DNA from: Geosiphon pyriformis uo1
Lineage: Eukaryota > Fungi > Glomeromycota
Length of the DNA: 64,000 bases
Reading direction: 5' to 3'
Assembly (NCBI GenBank): GCA_016748015.1
Contig: JAAOMT010000776.1
Span: 431,496-495,495, forward strand
The translations under genes and the position numbers were made by a program. This document shows positions 1 through 10,500 of this stretch, piece after piece (within the stretch, counting starts at the first letter, position 1; each line of letters starts with the position of its first letter). The notes beneath the pieces are model-generated. The model saw only the letters and a list, made by a program, of their open reading frames with translations. It was not told where the DNA came from and ran no database searches.

Positions 1-453
1 TGGTTCAGGAGTAACTATTTGTGTAGATGAGTCTGATTTGCTTGATAAAAGATCAAAAACAGGGGCAGTTTGGTAGCTTTCTTCTTCTGTTTCAAAGGGA
101 GTTTCAGTTGCTTGATGGGCAGCAATCCAAATGTGGATTTGATGATTCAGATATTCGAAATCAGGGGGCTGTTGTTTAAAGGTTGCAGAATATAAGAGCT
201 GATTGATACTGTTGTTTCTTTCTTCAAAGTTGTTTTCAAAATAAGCTTGGTCAAAGTAATAGGTTGTATAAGCTGTATAGGTTTCAGCTGAATGCTCATT
301 CAGGAACCAGTTCCAAAAGTCTTAGAATTGTCTACTGGATTGTTCTTCAAGGGGGAAGCAGATCAAGCAGGAGGGCAGAGGATTAAGTTCAATAAAACTT
401 TGGCAGATATGAGTAATCACCCATACAATGAGGAAATAAGTGAATTTTGACAA

Positions 454-470
454 CCTCACAGGGAGCACCA
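454..470 (-). promoter_or_regulatory. Primer binding site TGGTGCTCCCTGTGAGG (Gypsy-A)
   Basis: TGG-starting 17-mer 6 nt inside the LTR, identical at 23590-23606 and 27336-27352; complementary to a tRNA 3' end (elongator Met or Ile-TAT like). Confidence 0.85.
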
Positions 471-476
471 CTTTTA

Positions 477-1202
477 TGTTACGGGTTGGAGTAACAAGCT
501 AACGGATAGCAAGAGAGAACAGTATTGTATGGTAATAGAAATAAACAAAGAAGGAATTACAATAAGAGAGTGAATTAAATAAGTAGAAATTCAATGTGCA
601 TGATCAGTCTCATAAAAATCACAGTCGCTAATCTTTTCTTAAATCTGAAGGTAGAGGAATAGTCCGTGATTGTCAACAAAATAACACCACTACTATTATT
701 CTATGCCTCAACTCAGCGATTCTTAGAATCAATAACAGGTATTGTTGTACTTTTTAATCGTTTCTTTATTCAATGAATTACAAGAGCAAGTCAATTGCTT
801 CTCAGGCTAATTCTAACAAATACAAATCAAGAAGGGGAAAAGATAAGGTATGTGAATGCCAACAAGTAGATACTTGAAGGTAAGGAAAGGGGAATAAGCA
901 ATTATAAAAGGAAGTAATTAATATTGTTTATTTTGTTACTTTGATCATGTCTTTCTACAGCTAAGGGAATCATCGCTTATATAGCTATCTAAAGTGGTCA
1001 ACAATCAGGTCAACAATCAGGTCAATGATTAGGTCAACAATCAGGTCAATGATCAGGTCATTGATCAGGTCAATAATCAGGTCAATAATCAGGTCAACGG
1101 TCAGGTCATTGATCACTATCTAAAAATAGGGTGGCTAATTATATAACATCAGTGGCTAATACATGTGATAATTAATAAAAACTATGTGTTTCAACCATAA
1201 CA
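477..1202 (-). repeat. LTR-A (divergent subfamily) with 10 copies of the 12-bp unit at 996-1115
   Basis: Inverted termini, TATATAAG box next to the array, homology to six other LTR-A copies. Confidence 0.9.
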
Positions 1203-2059
1203 ATATTATCACAACTACCAACTATTTTACAAAGTGGATAGAAGCAAGAGCCACCCCAGACCAAACAGTAGTCTCAATAGCCAATTTCATTTATGAAAAT
1301 ATTATCTGCTGTCATGACTGCCCCAAAGAACTTTTGTCTAATAAAGAAAGAGCTTTTCTCAGTATACTGGTTGAAGAACTTTGTAGAAAAATGGGAATAT
1401 GTCATAAACTTTCCTCCCCTTATTACTCCCAAACAAATGGCCTAGTAGAACGTTTTAATAGAACATTATGTGAAACCCTAGCCAAAACCAGTGAAGAAAC
1501 AAACTTATGTGACAAAGTACTGCCTTTAACTTTGTTTGCTTATAGAACTGTGAATCATAACATAACAAGTTATGAATCTTTTTATTTGCTCTATGGAAGC
1601 ATGACAACACTACCAATAGAAACTAATATTGAAACAATATCTTTTGAAGAAATTACAATAGGAAACTACAAAGACATTTTGCAAAGAAGACTTGGTATCA
1701 TTCTTGACTCCTTGGTAGAAGCACAAATAATTGCTTTTAAAAAGATAAAACAGTTCCAAAAAAAGCTTAAGAAAAAAAAAACCTATAAAACACTTTCTTT
1801 AAGTGTTGGTGACTTGGTATTGGAATATTGTTCAGATAGAGACAATGTTTATGGTGATAAATTCTCTAGCTGGTGAAAAGGACTCTTTATAGTCAACAAA
1901 GTTTTGAACAATGGTTCTTATATTCTTCAAGATCAATCCAGAACAATCTTTAATGATTGTCCTGTTTACGGTACACGACTCAAGAAATATTATAAACGAC
2001 CTGATTGGCTGCCTGTTATGGTAATACTGACTCAAATGATCAGCAAAAATCAAATATAA
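1203..2059 (+). pseudogene. Gypsy-A copy A1 integrase core and C-terminus (degenerate)
   Basis: TKWIEA, SSPYYSQTNGLVERFNRTL, LFAYRT and eroded GPF-type motif; in-frame stops. Confidence 0.92.
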
Positions 2060-2100
2060 ATAAATGCACCATTCCCAAAACAAAGATATCTTCAATCAAC

Positions 2101-2757
2101 ATGAACAATTATTTTTTGGATCAAAACATTTAAAATGCCTTCTATACTCTTTATGAATATTGGATCAAAAACTATTCAAATGCTACTCTGACCATTGGAA
2201 AACAAACCACCATAACTGATAACAATGGAACACATACTGTTATCAGACCAAAAAAAACTACTACCAGAAGAGAAAGAATTGGCAGCAAAATAGATAAGTA
2301 TTTGCTAAAAAGCATAACAGCAGCAATACTTATACCTTCCATCACAATTGGAAAAATGATTAAGGAAATCTTGCCCATAGACAAAAACTTGTCATATTGA
2401 AGACAATTAGGACTCTATGGTCATCTTGGTGAAATCATAGAATACATAAAGCTCATGAAGAAAACAACTTCTAAGATACAAGTGGAAATTTTGAGCATTA
2501 TATGATTAGATGTTCCAAGAGTTTTGATCATTGCAAGAAGAGCCAAAATTCTTATACAAAGTTTTGGTTTTCTGAATACAAAACTCATTTCACCTCAAGT
2601 GCTATATATTTTATCCACAAAAGACTTCAACAAACTAGTTAGCTTTAAGTTAGATAAAACCTTTCCAATAGATTACACCATAAATAGCTTGATTTTGCCA
2701 GAGCTCAATCTCTTTGAAAAAGATGATGTTATGATTGAAACTTATACTTCTTATTAA
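2101..2757 (+). pseudogene. Gypsy-A extra 3' ORF (ORF3, ~218 codons, unknown function), copy A1
   Basis: Starts MNNYFLDQNI; homologous to 39356-40012 and 11170-11824; only point stops; reads through the PPT into the LTR. Confidence 0.75.
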
Positions 2758-3451
2758 TTATCACATGTATTAGCCACTGATGTCATATAAATTAGCCATT
2801 CTATTTTTAGAAAGTAATCATTAATCTGATCAATGACCTGACCATTGACCTAATCATTGACCTGATTATTAACCTGATCATTGATCTGATTATTGACCTG
2901 ACTGTTGACCTGATTATTGATCACTTTTGATAGCTATATAAGTGATGAATCTTTTAGCTGTAGAAAAGTATGTCAAAAATCAAGGAATTAAATAAATAAA
3001 ATAACAACTTTCATCTCAATCATTCTCTTATCGCTAAATTATCTTTTTCTACCTTCAAGTATCTAAACATCTTTGGAATAAAAGATTACTTGTTGGTGTT
3101 TACTTGTCTTTTTCTAAAACGTTTAATTACAACATTTGGAGATTATTGAATAAAACATGACTGAAAAACACATCTGATACTTGATATTGAATTCTAAGAG
3201 TGCCGACATAAGGCATAGAATTATACCAAGTGTGATCATTTGTTAACAGTACAGACTATCTCTCTACTTTCAGATTCCCCAGTTACTTTGAAAAGCATAG
3301 TGACTGAAATATTTTATGAGACTAATCTCACACATTGAATCCATACTTATTCAATTTGCTTTTTGAAGTTGAATTCCCTTTGATTATTTTCATCACTCTA
3401 CAATCCTGTTCTTCTTTGCTATCTATTAGCTTGTTATTCCAACCCATAACA
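2727..3451 (+). repeat. 3' LTR-A of copy A1 (9 array units, 2815-2922)
   Basis: Preceded by purine tract, TGTTA...TAACA ends, followed by ATAT and half-LINE sequence. Confidence 0.92.
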
Positions 3452-3616
3452 ATATCTAATTCATACATCTTACCTATAATGCTAACAAGCTTATGACTAT
3501 TCTTAACCATATCACTCATCCACTTAGCAATCTGATCAAGATTGGATTTGATACTGGAGGGTTGGTCTTTCCATAGATTCATCATAAGATTGAAAGTGTC
3601 ATCATAGAATTCATAC

Positions 3617-6036
3617 AAAAAAAAAAACTCTTTCTCTCCTAAATTTCATGACCACAAATAGAGCTAAGAGTAAAAAAGTTGCAAATGTTATTTTTTCTAT
3701 AGTAACTAATAAAGTTTCAACACGAGAGGGTCTCTCTGTTATTAAAACAGCTAGACATAACATTCTGGCTACATTTCCTTTAAAAAATATTAGTGAAAAG
3801 CTGTCTTTAGTGGTTTTTGGTTCATTTTCTTCACCTTTGGCTAGTAGTTCTTCTCCAGTTAAAGTTCCTTCCAAAAGACACACTTGAGTTAGTCCCAGTA
3901 TTATCTCCACTACTTCTAAAAGCCCAAAGATTTTTAATAACAAACCAATCAACAAGTTGGTCTTTCTTGCTCTAACCACTCTGACTACTACTTCTATTAC
4001 TACTGCTTCACAAATGGCTACAAAAACAAAAAATTTCAAAAAACAGCAGCAGCCAGTTGCAACTGTTATGGTCACACCGAACCCCTTTGTGGTTCCAGAT
4101 GAAATCTTCAGTAAGATCTCCACAACAGCAGCCAGCCCTCTTCCTGATATAAATGGCAACAGCAGCAGCACATCTCCCAAGATGGGCCAAGATCAACCAC
4201 TGGCTGTGTTGCCTGATGTGGTATTCTCTGACAGATCATCACCAATCCCAGTAATAAAACAGTCCATCAATCCAGATGATCTCAAAGATTGGACTGATCA
4301 GATGAAAATGGAATCAACTGTTCTTCCCCCAGTTTTTAGTGCTGCTGATGGTAGTGCTTGAAAAAATGTGAATGGTTGTCAAAGGTTCTCTGGTTGGGTG
4401 GCCTCCAATCTAGTACCTGGTGCCACATTCAAGATCAAGATGGCCCTTCTTTGTTCCTTGTTTCAGCTGCTGCCTGGTTGTATTGGGCTTAAGTCAGTTT
4501 CATGAGATGCTGTTAAGTTGTTCTGTGTGGAATTTGCATTTCAGAAGAGTCTAACTGGTGGCACCAAAGTGGCCATTAGTGATGGGAATTTTTTGACCAC
4601 TCTTAAGATTGCACAGTCTTCTGGTGTGGCCTTTGTTTCTTCTCTTTCTCTGTCAGTTGCACTGTGCAACGTACTCTTGGGTATCTCTTCTGATGACATC
4701 AAAACTGCTCTTAGCAATTTTGGTGTTGTCACTTCTGTTAAGTTAAAGCCTGTTGGCTTATGGCAATATGCTGTGGTTCATTTTAAGGACACTTTTTTTG
4801 CTGCTACTGCTCTATTTCACTGGTCTGTTTTGGTCAGAAAAGACAGTGTTAGAATTCTTCTCATTACCAACCAAAAGGAAATTATCTTTTCAAGAGATAT
4901 TTTCAAAGCTAAGCTGGTCAATCTTCCCTTTGGCTGTACTGCATTTGAAATAAGTAATTTGGTCTTCCAAGTTGGTGGCCATACATGTTTTATTCCCCAC
5001 TTCCCTAATTCCTATCGATGTCAACAGTTTGCTGTGGTTATCTTTGATTCCTTGGAATCTTTGAACATTGCTGTTTCTAAAACTGGTACTTTACATGGCT
5101 GCCACATCTGGTAAAAAACTCTTGGATGTCACTGCTGCTATAGGTGTCAAGGTCTGGACCATTTGGCTTTAGAGTGCAAAGTGTCCTTATCTCTCCCTCC
5201 CAAAGTCCCTTCCAACTTTTTTGGTGGCCCTAAAGTTTTCAAGTCCTTATTTGCTGGATCCAAATCTTATGCTAAAGCTGCTGCTATCATGGTTCCTCCT
5301 ATTGCTGCTGCTGCTGATATGAACTTGGATCTTGGTAGTTCCCCTCCAACTACTACACTCATGTTGTCTGTTGCTCTTTCTGCTATCAATAATGCTGTTA
5401 AAGCTAGGTTGGCTTCTCTGGAATCCCATCTTGGTGAACTATCTTTGCTGATAAAATTCTTGGTTGAGCCTGTTGGTGCTCTGGTTGTTTTAGTTACCAA
5501 GTTGTTGTCTATTCCATCTGCTGTGGATGTGTCTGTTAAGGAAAGTGTAGCTGAGTTGGCTGAGCAGAATAAAGGCTTGGCTGCCATTGCTATTGTGATA
5601 CAAAAAAAATTGACATGCCTGAAAAAAAAGTGTAAACAGGCCTGCTTTGAAGATGTGTTAGATAATGATAACATGGATGATGATAATAATGATGATAATG
5701 TCAAAGATAAAGATTTCTCTGTCTATGATAACACATTCGATGTTATCATGCATTTATGGGAAGATCAGCCATCCAATATCAAATCCAGTCCTAATCTAAC
5801 TGCTAAGTGGATGAGTGGTATGATTAAGAATAGTCATGAACTTGTTAGCATTATAGGTAAGATGTATGAATTAGATATGTTTAATATACTTGGTAGCATA
5901 GGTAGTACTAGCATGTAGTTAGGGCTTTCCACCTGTGGTTAGCCACATCTTGTAATTTTTGTATTATTGGGTGAGCTGGCTTTATGAAACTGTCACATTA
6001 CTGTTGACTTAACTAATAAACAATCAGCGTGGCTAC

Positions 6037-6072
<36 letters not shown>
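3617..6072 (+). mobile_element. Full-length ORF1-only non-LTR retroposon (half-LINE) copy H1
   Basis: 5' A-run plus CTCTTTCTCTCC, one ORF, ~120-bp 3' UTR, A32 tail (6041-6072), 16-bp TSD AAAGTGTCATCATAGA (3593-3608) / AAGGTGTCATCATAAA (6071-6086). Confidence 0.9.
3648..5918 (+). pseudogene. LINE ORF1-like protein (~756 aa: Ser/Thr-rich N-terminus, two RRM-like domains, CCHC knuckle, coiled coil, acidic tail)
   Basis: Track ORFs 3648, 3957, 4518 and 5163 share one frame and are separated only by point stops; CYRCQGLDHLALEC knuckle; aligns by eye with LINE-X ORF1. Confidence 0.85.
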
Positions 6073-6074
<2 letters not shown>

Positions 6075-8175
6075 TGTCATCATAAACAGAAAAGTTTTTA
6101 ACATCATCATCATCATCATTACTATCATCATTTATGTCATTATTATCTGATACATCTTCCAAGCAGGCTTATTTGCATTTTTTCTTAAGATGTACCATTC
6201 TCTTTTATATTATGGAAGTAATAGTAGCAAAGCCTTTATTTTGCTTAGCCAATCCAGCCACACTTTCTTTAACAGACACATCTACAACAGATAGGGCAGA
6301 CAGCAATTTGGTAATTAAAACAACCAGTGCACCAACAGATTCAACCAAGAATTTTATTAACAAAGACAGTTCACCAAGATGGGATTCCAAAGAAGCCAAT
6401 TTAACATTAACAGCAACATCAGAACCAAAGGAAACAACAGGCAGCAGAGATATAATACCTATGAGGGAGACACCAAAACCCAAATCCATATCAACAGCAG
6501 CAGCAACAGGAGGAACCACATAGGCAGCAGCTTTGGCATAAAATTTTGTTTCAGTAAAAGACAACTTGAATATTTTAAAACCACCAGCAAAATTGAAAGA
6601 AAATTTGGGAGGAAAAGGTGGTGACATTTTGCAGTCCACAGCCAAGTGATCTAGTCCTTAACATCTGTAGCAGTGGCAACATCCAGGAGTTTTCCACCAG
6701 ATGCAGCAGCTATGCAAGGTACCAGTTTTTGAAACAGCAACATTCAAGGATTCCAAGGATTCAAAGGTAACCACAGCAAAATGTTAATGTCAATACAACT
6801 TAGGAGAATGAGGAATAAAACAAATATGACCACCAACTTAAGAGACTAAATCACTTATCTTAAAAGCAGTGCAGCCAAATGGGAGATTGACCAGCTTAGC
6901 CTTAAAAGCATTTCTTGAAGAAATAACATCATTTTGGTTAACAACAAAAAAAATTCTGATACTGTCTTTTCTAACCAGCACAGACCAGTGAATAAGAGCA
7001 GCAGCAGTAGAAGAAGTGTCTTTGAAATGAACCACAGCATATTGCCATAAGCCAGTAGGCTTCAACTTAACAGAAGTGACAACACCAAACACACCAAAAG
7101 CAGATTTGATGTCATCAGAAAAAGTACTCAAAGGTATATCACAAAGTGCAATTGACAAGAGAGGAGAAAAAACAGAGGCCACATCAGAAGACTATGCAAT
7201 TTTAAGAGTGGTCAAAAAAACCTTATTACCAATGGCCACTTTGGTGGCACCAGTTAAACTCTCTTGAGATGCAAATTCTACACAAAACAACTTGACAGCA
7301 TTTTGTAAAACTGACTTAAGTTCAATACAACTAGACAGAAGCTAAAACAAGGAACTAAGAAGGGCTATTTTAATTTTGAATATGGCACCCATCCAAAGAA
7401 CCTTTGTCGACCATTCACATTCAACCAAGCACTTCCATCAGCAACACCAGAAACTGGGGGAGGAGTAGATAATTCCATTTCCATTTAATCAGCCCAATCT
7501 TTGAAATCATCTAAAATGATGAACTGTTTTGCTTCCATGACAGGAGAAGATCTGTCAAAGATTACCACATTAGACAACACAGCCAGTGGTTGATCTTGTT
7601 TTATATTAGGAGTTGAGCCATTGCTATTGCCATTCATATCAGGAACAGAGCTGGCTACTGCTGTGAAGATCTTATCCAAAATCCCATCTGGAATCATGAA
7701 GGGGTTTGGTATGACCATAGCAGTTGTGACTGCCTGCTACTGTTTTCTGGAATTTTTGGCTTTTGCAGCCATTTGTGAAGTAAAAGTAATAGTAGTAGTA
7801 GTAGTTGTAAGAGCAGAAAAAACCAACTTGTTGACTGGTCTGTTATTAAAAATTTTTGGGCTTTTAAAAGTAATGGAGACTACACTGGGACTAATCTGAG
7901 TGTGTCTTTTGGAAAGAACTTTGATTGGAGAAGAACCACCAGTCAAAGGTGAAGAAAATGAACCAGAAGCTGTTAAAGACAGCTTTTCACTAATATTTTT
8001 TAAAAAAAATGTAGCCAGAATGTTTTGTCTAGCTGCTTCAATAACAGAGAAACCCTCTTGTGTTGAAACTTTATTAGTTACTATAGGAAAAGTAACATTT
8101 GCAACTTTTTTACTCTTAGCTTTATTCATGATCATAAAATTTAGGAGAGAAAGAGTTTTTTTTTTTTGTATGAAT

Positions 8176-9190
8176 TCTATGATGACACCTTCAATCTTAT
8201 GATGAATCTATGGAAAGACCAACTCTTCAGTATCAAATCCAATCTTGATCAGACTGCTAAGTGGATGAGTGATATAGTTAAGAATAGTTATGAGCTTGTT
8301 AGCATTATAGGTAAGATGTATGAATTAGATATTGTTATGAGTTAGAGTAACAAGCTAATAGATAGCAAGGAAGAACAGGATTGTAAGATGATGAAAATAA
8401 TCAAAGGGAATTCAACTTCAAAAAGCAAATTGAATGAGTATGGATTCAATGTGTGAGATTAGTCTCATAAAATATCTCAGTCATTATGTTTTTCAAAGTA
8501 ACTGGAGAATCTGAAGGTAGAGGGATAGTCTGTACTGTCAACAAATGATCACACTTGGTATAATTCTATGCTTTATGTCAGCACTCTTAGAATTCAATAT
8601 CAAGTATCAGATGTGCTCTTCAGTTATGTTTTATTCAATAATCTCCAAATGTTGTAATTACACGTTTCAGAAAAAGACAGGTAAACACCAACAAGTAATC
8701 TTTTATTCCAAAGATGTTTAGATACTTGAAGGTAGGGAAAGAGAATTTAGTGATAAGAGAATGATTGAGATGAAAGTTGTTATTTTATTTATTTAATTCC
8801 TTGATTTTTAACATACTTTTCTACAGCTAAAAGATTCATCACTTATATAGCTATCAAAAGTGGTCAATAATCAGGTCATTGATCAGATCAATAATCAGGT
8901 CAATGGTCAGGTCAATGATCAGGTCATTGATCAGATCAATGATCACTTTTTAAAAATAGAGTGGCTAATTTATATGACATCAGTGGCTAATACATGTGAT
9001 AATTAATAAGAAGTATAAGTTTCAGCCATAACAATATGTTTGATACATTAAGTAGTTAGGACTTTCCATTTGTGGTTAGCCACATCTTGTGATTTTGTAT
9101 TATTGAGTGAGCTGGCTTTATGAAAGTGTCACATTACTGTGGACATAACTAATAAATAACCGGCATGGTTACACATTAACAAAAAAAAAA
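8176..9190 (+). mobile_element. Half-LINE 3' segment (H2 mirror copy) with poly(A), containing a solo LTR
   Basis: 8176-8332 is the reverse complement of 3452-3608; 9034-9190 is the 3' UTR plus A tail. Confidence 0.85.
8333..9033 (-). repeat. Solo LTR-A with 4-bp TSD ATAT (7 array units)
   Basis: ATAT at 8329-8332 and 9034-9037; removing it restores half-LINE GAATTAGATATGTTTGATAC. Confidence 0.93.
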
Positions 9191-10315
9191 GACGAATGAG
9201 ATGCCTCTTTTTTCTATTATCTGCATAATATTTGCTATAAGATTAATCCCTGGCTTAGATTGTTTATTAGTGGGATATTCAAGTATATTATGAGCTGACC
9301 ATCTTTGTGTCTGCAAATTAGCTAGTCTGATTTTTATAGCTGTTCCAGCAATATCATTACTGTTCAATCTTGCTTTTTTTTTTACAGTGGCTAAGATCAT
9401 TGAGATCCATCTTCTGGCCCAACTATTTGGTATATGAGTCAATTGAGATCTAAATTCTATTGCTGGACTGAGTATCCTGTTGAAAATGTAAATTGTCTGT
9501 TTTTCAGTAATGTGTTTTTTCCTAATAACCCCACATACTGCTTCAATGTCAGATTTTATTATTTTTAGCACAGTTTCATTTTTTCATTTGTTCTCCAAAT
9601 ATCAGGTGCATGTAGACGGATCCAGTAATTTCAAGGTTTGTTTGTATGGACTTAATTTTAGTGGCTTAACCAACACTGATTTCCTTTTAGAGGATTTGAC
9701 CACTATTGTTTTAGTCTTATCTAAGTTGATCTCAATATCTACTATTCTAAAGAAAAAGCTGGCTGTGTCCAAAATACTCTGCATTTCTTGTCTTGAGTTA
9801 GCTATCTACACTGTGTTATCAACAAAGACAAGGTGATTTACTGATGCCAATAGGGATTGTGTGTCTGTTTGATTGTCCCACTTTTTCCATTCAGCTGTTA
9901 ATTTGTATTCTTAACTGTAATTGGCTTGTTTTACTTCACACAGTAAAGGGTCATAGAAAATCCTCCACATGATGAGTGAGCTTGTTTTCCCCTGATTTAG
10001 TTTATCCTGTACTTGATATTTATTACTTAATCCAAACTTAATTATGATTCTATTGCTTCTGTTGTTGTACATTAAGCCAAATAGCTCAGTAAACCAATTG
10101 TTCATCTTGATTTTTTTTAGTGCAGTTTCTTTGGGTTTCCATCCTATTGAGTGGTATGCCTTTTTCATGTTCTGAAATGTAAACCAAGCCTCATTATCAA
10201 ATTTTCTTGCATGTTCAGCAACAGCATTAATCACATGGATTGGCACTGCTGTAGATGTATTCTTTAAAACTGAGATATTATATCCTTTTAGAATATTGTG
10301 AAGCTCACATGGTTT
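9191..10315 (-). pseudogene. LINE-X copy L1, ORF2 RT C-terminal half
   Basis: FQNMKKAY, QGKTSS, LVFVDNT motifs; collinear with ~29900-30920. Confidence 0.9.
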
Positions 10316-10500
10316 GTTTGTTTTTTTTTTTGTTAATGTGTAGCCACACTGGTCATTTATTAGTTATGTTTACAGTAATGTGGTGCTTTCATAAAGCCAG
10401 CTCACCCAATAATACAAAATCACAAAATGCAGCTAATCATAAGTGGAAAGCCCTAACTACACTCTAGTACTACCTTTATTACTCAATGTATCAAACATAT
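10316..10500 (-). mobile_element. Half-LINE copy H3, 3' end and poly(A) (5' part at 20846-22932)
   Basis: 3' UTR homology; 14-bp TSD AAACCATGTGAGCT (10302-10315, minus) / AAAGCATGTAAGCT (20832-20845). Confidence 0.85.

Larger units (their letters stand above)
1..1202 (-). mobile_element. Gypsy-A copy A0: 5' LTR (477-1202), PBS and start of gag, running off the left edge; inserted into the integrase of copy A1
   Basis: 1-476 is the reverse complement of the leader/gag region at ~23584-24080. LTR has TGTTA...TAACA ends. Flank at 1203 is ATAT inside the YIITxTxYxTKW integrase motif. Confidence 0.9.
3452..8167 (-). mobile_element. Half-LINE copy H2 (5' part 6071-8167, distal piece 3452-3608), interrupted by H1 and by Gypsy-A
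   Basis: Minus-strand ORF pieces 7737-8135, 7485-7718, 6838-7182, 6205-6645 are collinear with H1 and continue YDDTF...KMYELD at 3452-3608. Confidence 0.85.

Noticed and set aside
1020-1115. AGGTCA nuclear-receptor half sites in the array
   Set aside because: Probable fungal host lacks nuclear receptors; no other support.
3328-3618. Apparent novel fusion ORFs (also the end of 22097-22963 and the start of 1184-1876)
   Set aside because: They are read-throughs across insertion junctions.
6071-9190. Twin-priming 5' inversion of one half-LINE
   Set aside because: The 6071 end is explained by the 16-bp TSD of H1, and the 8167 junction mirrors 3616 exactly, favouring inverted duplication.
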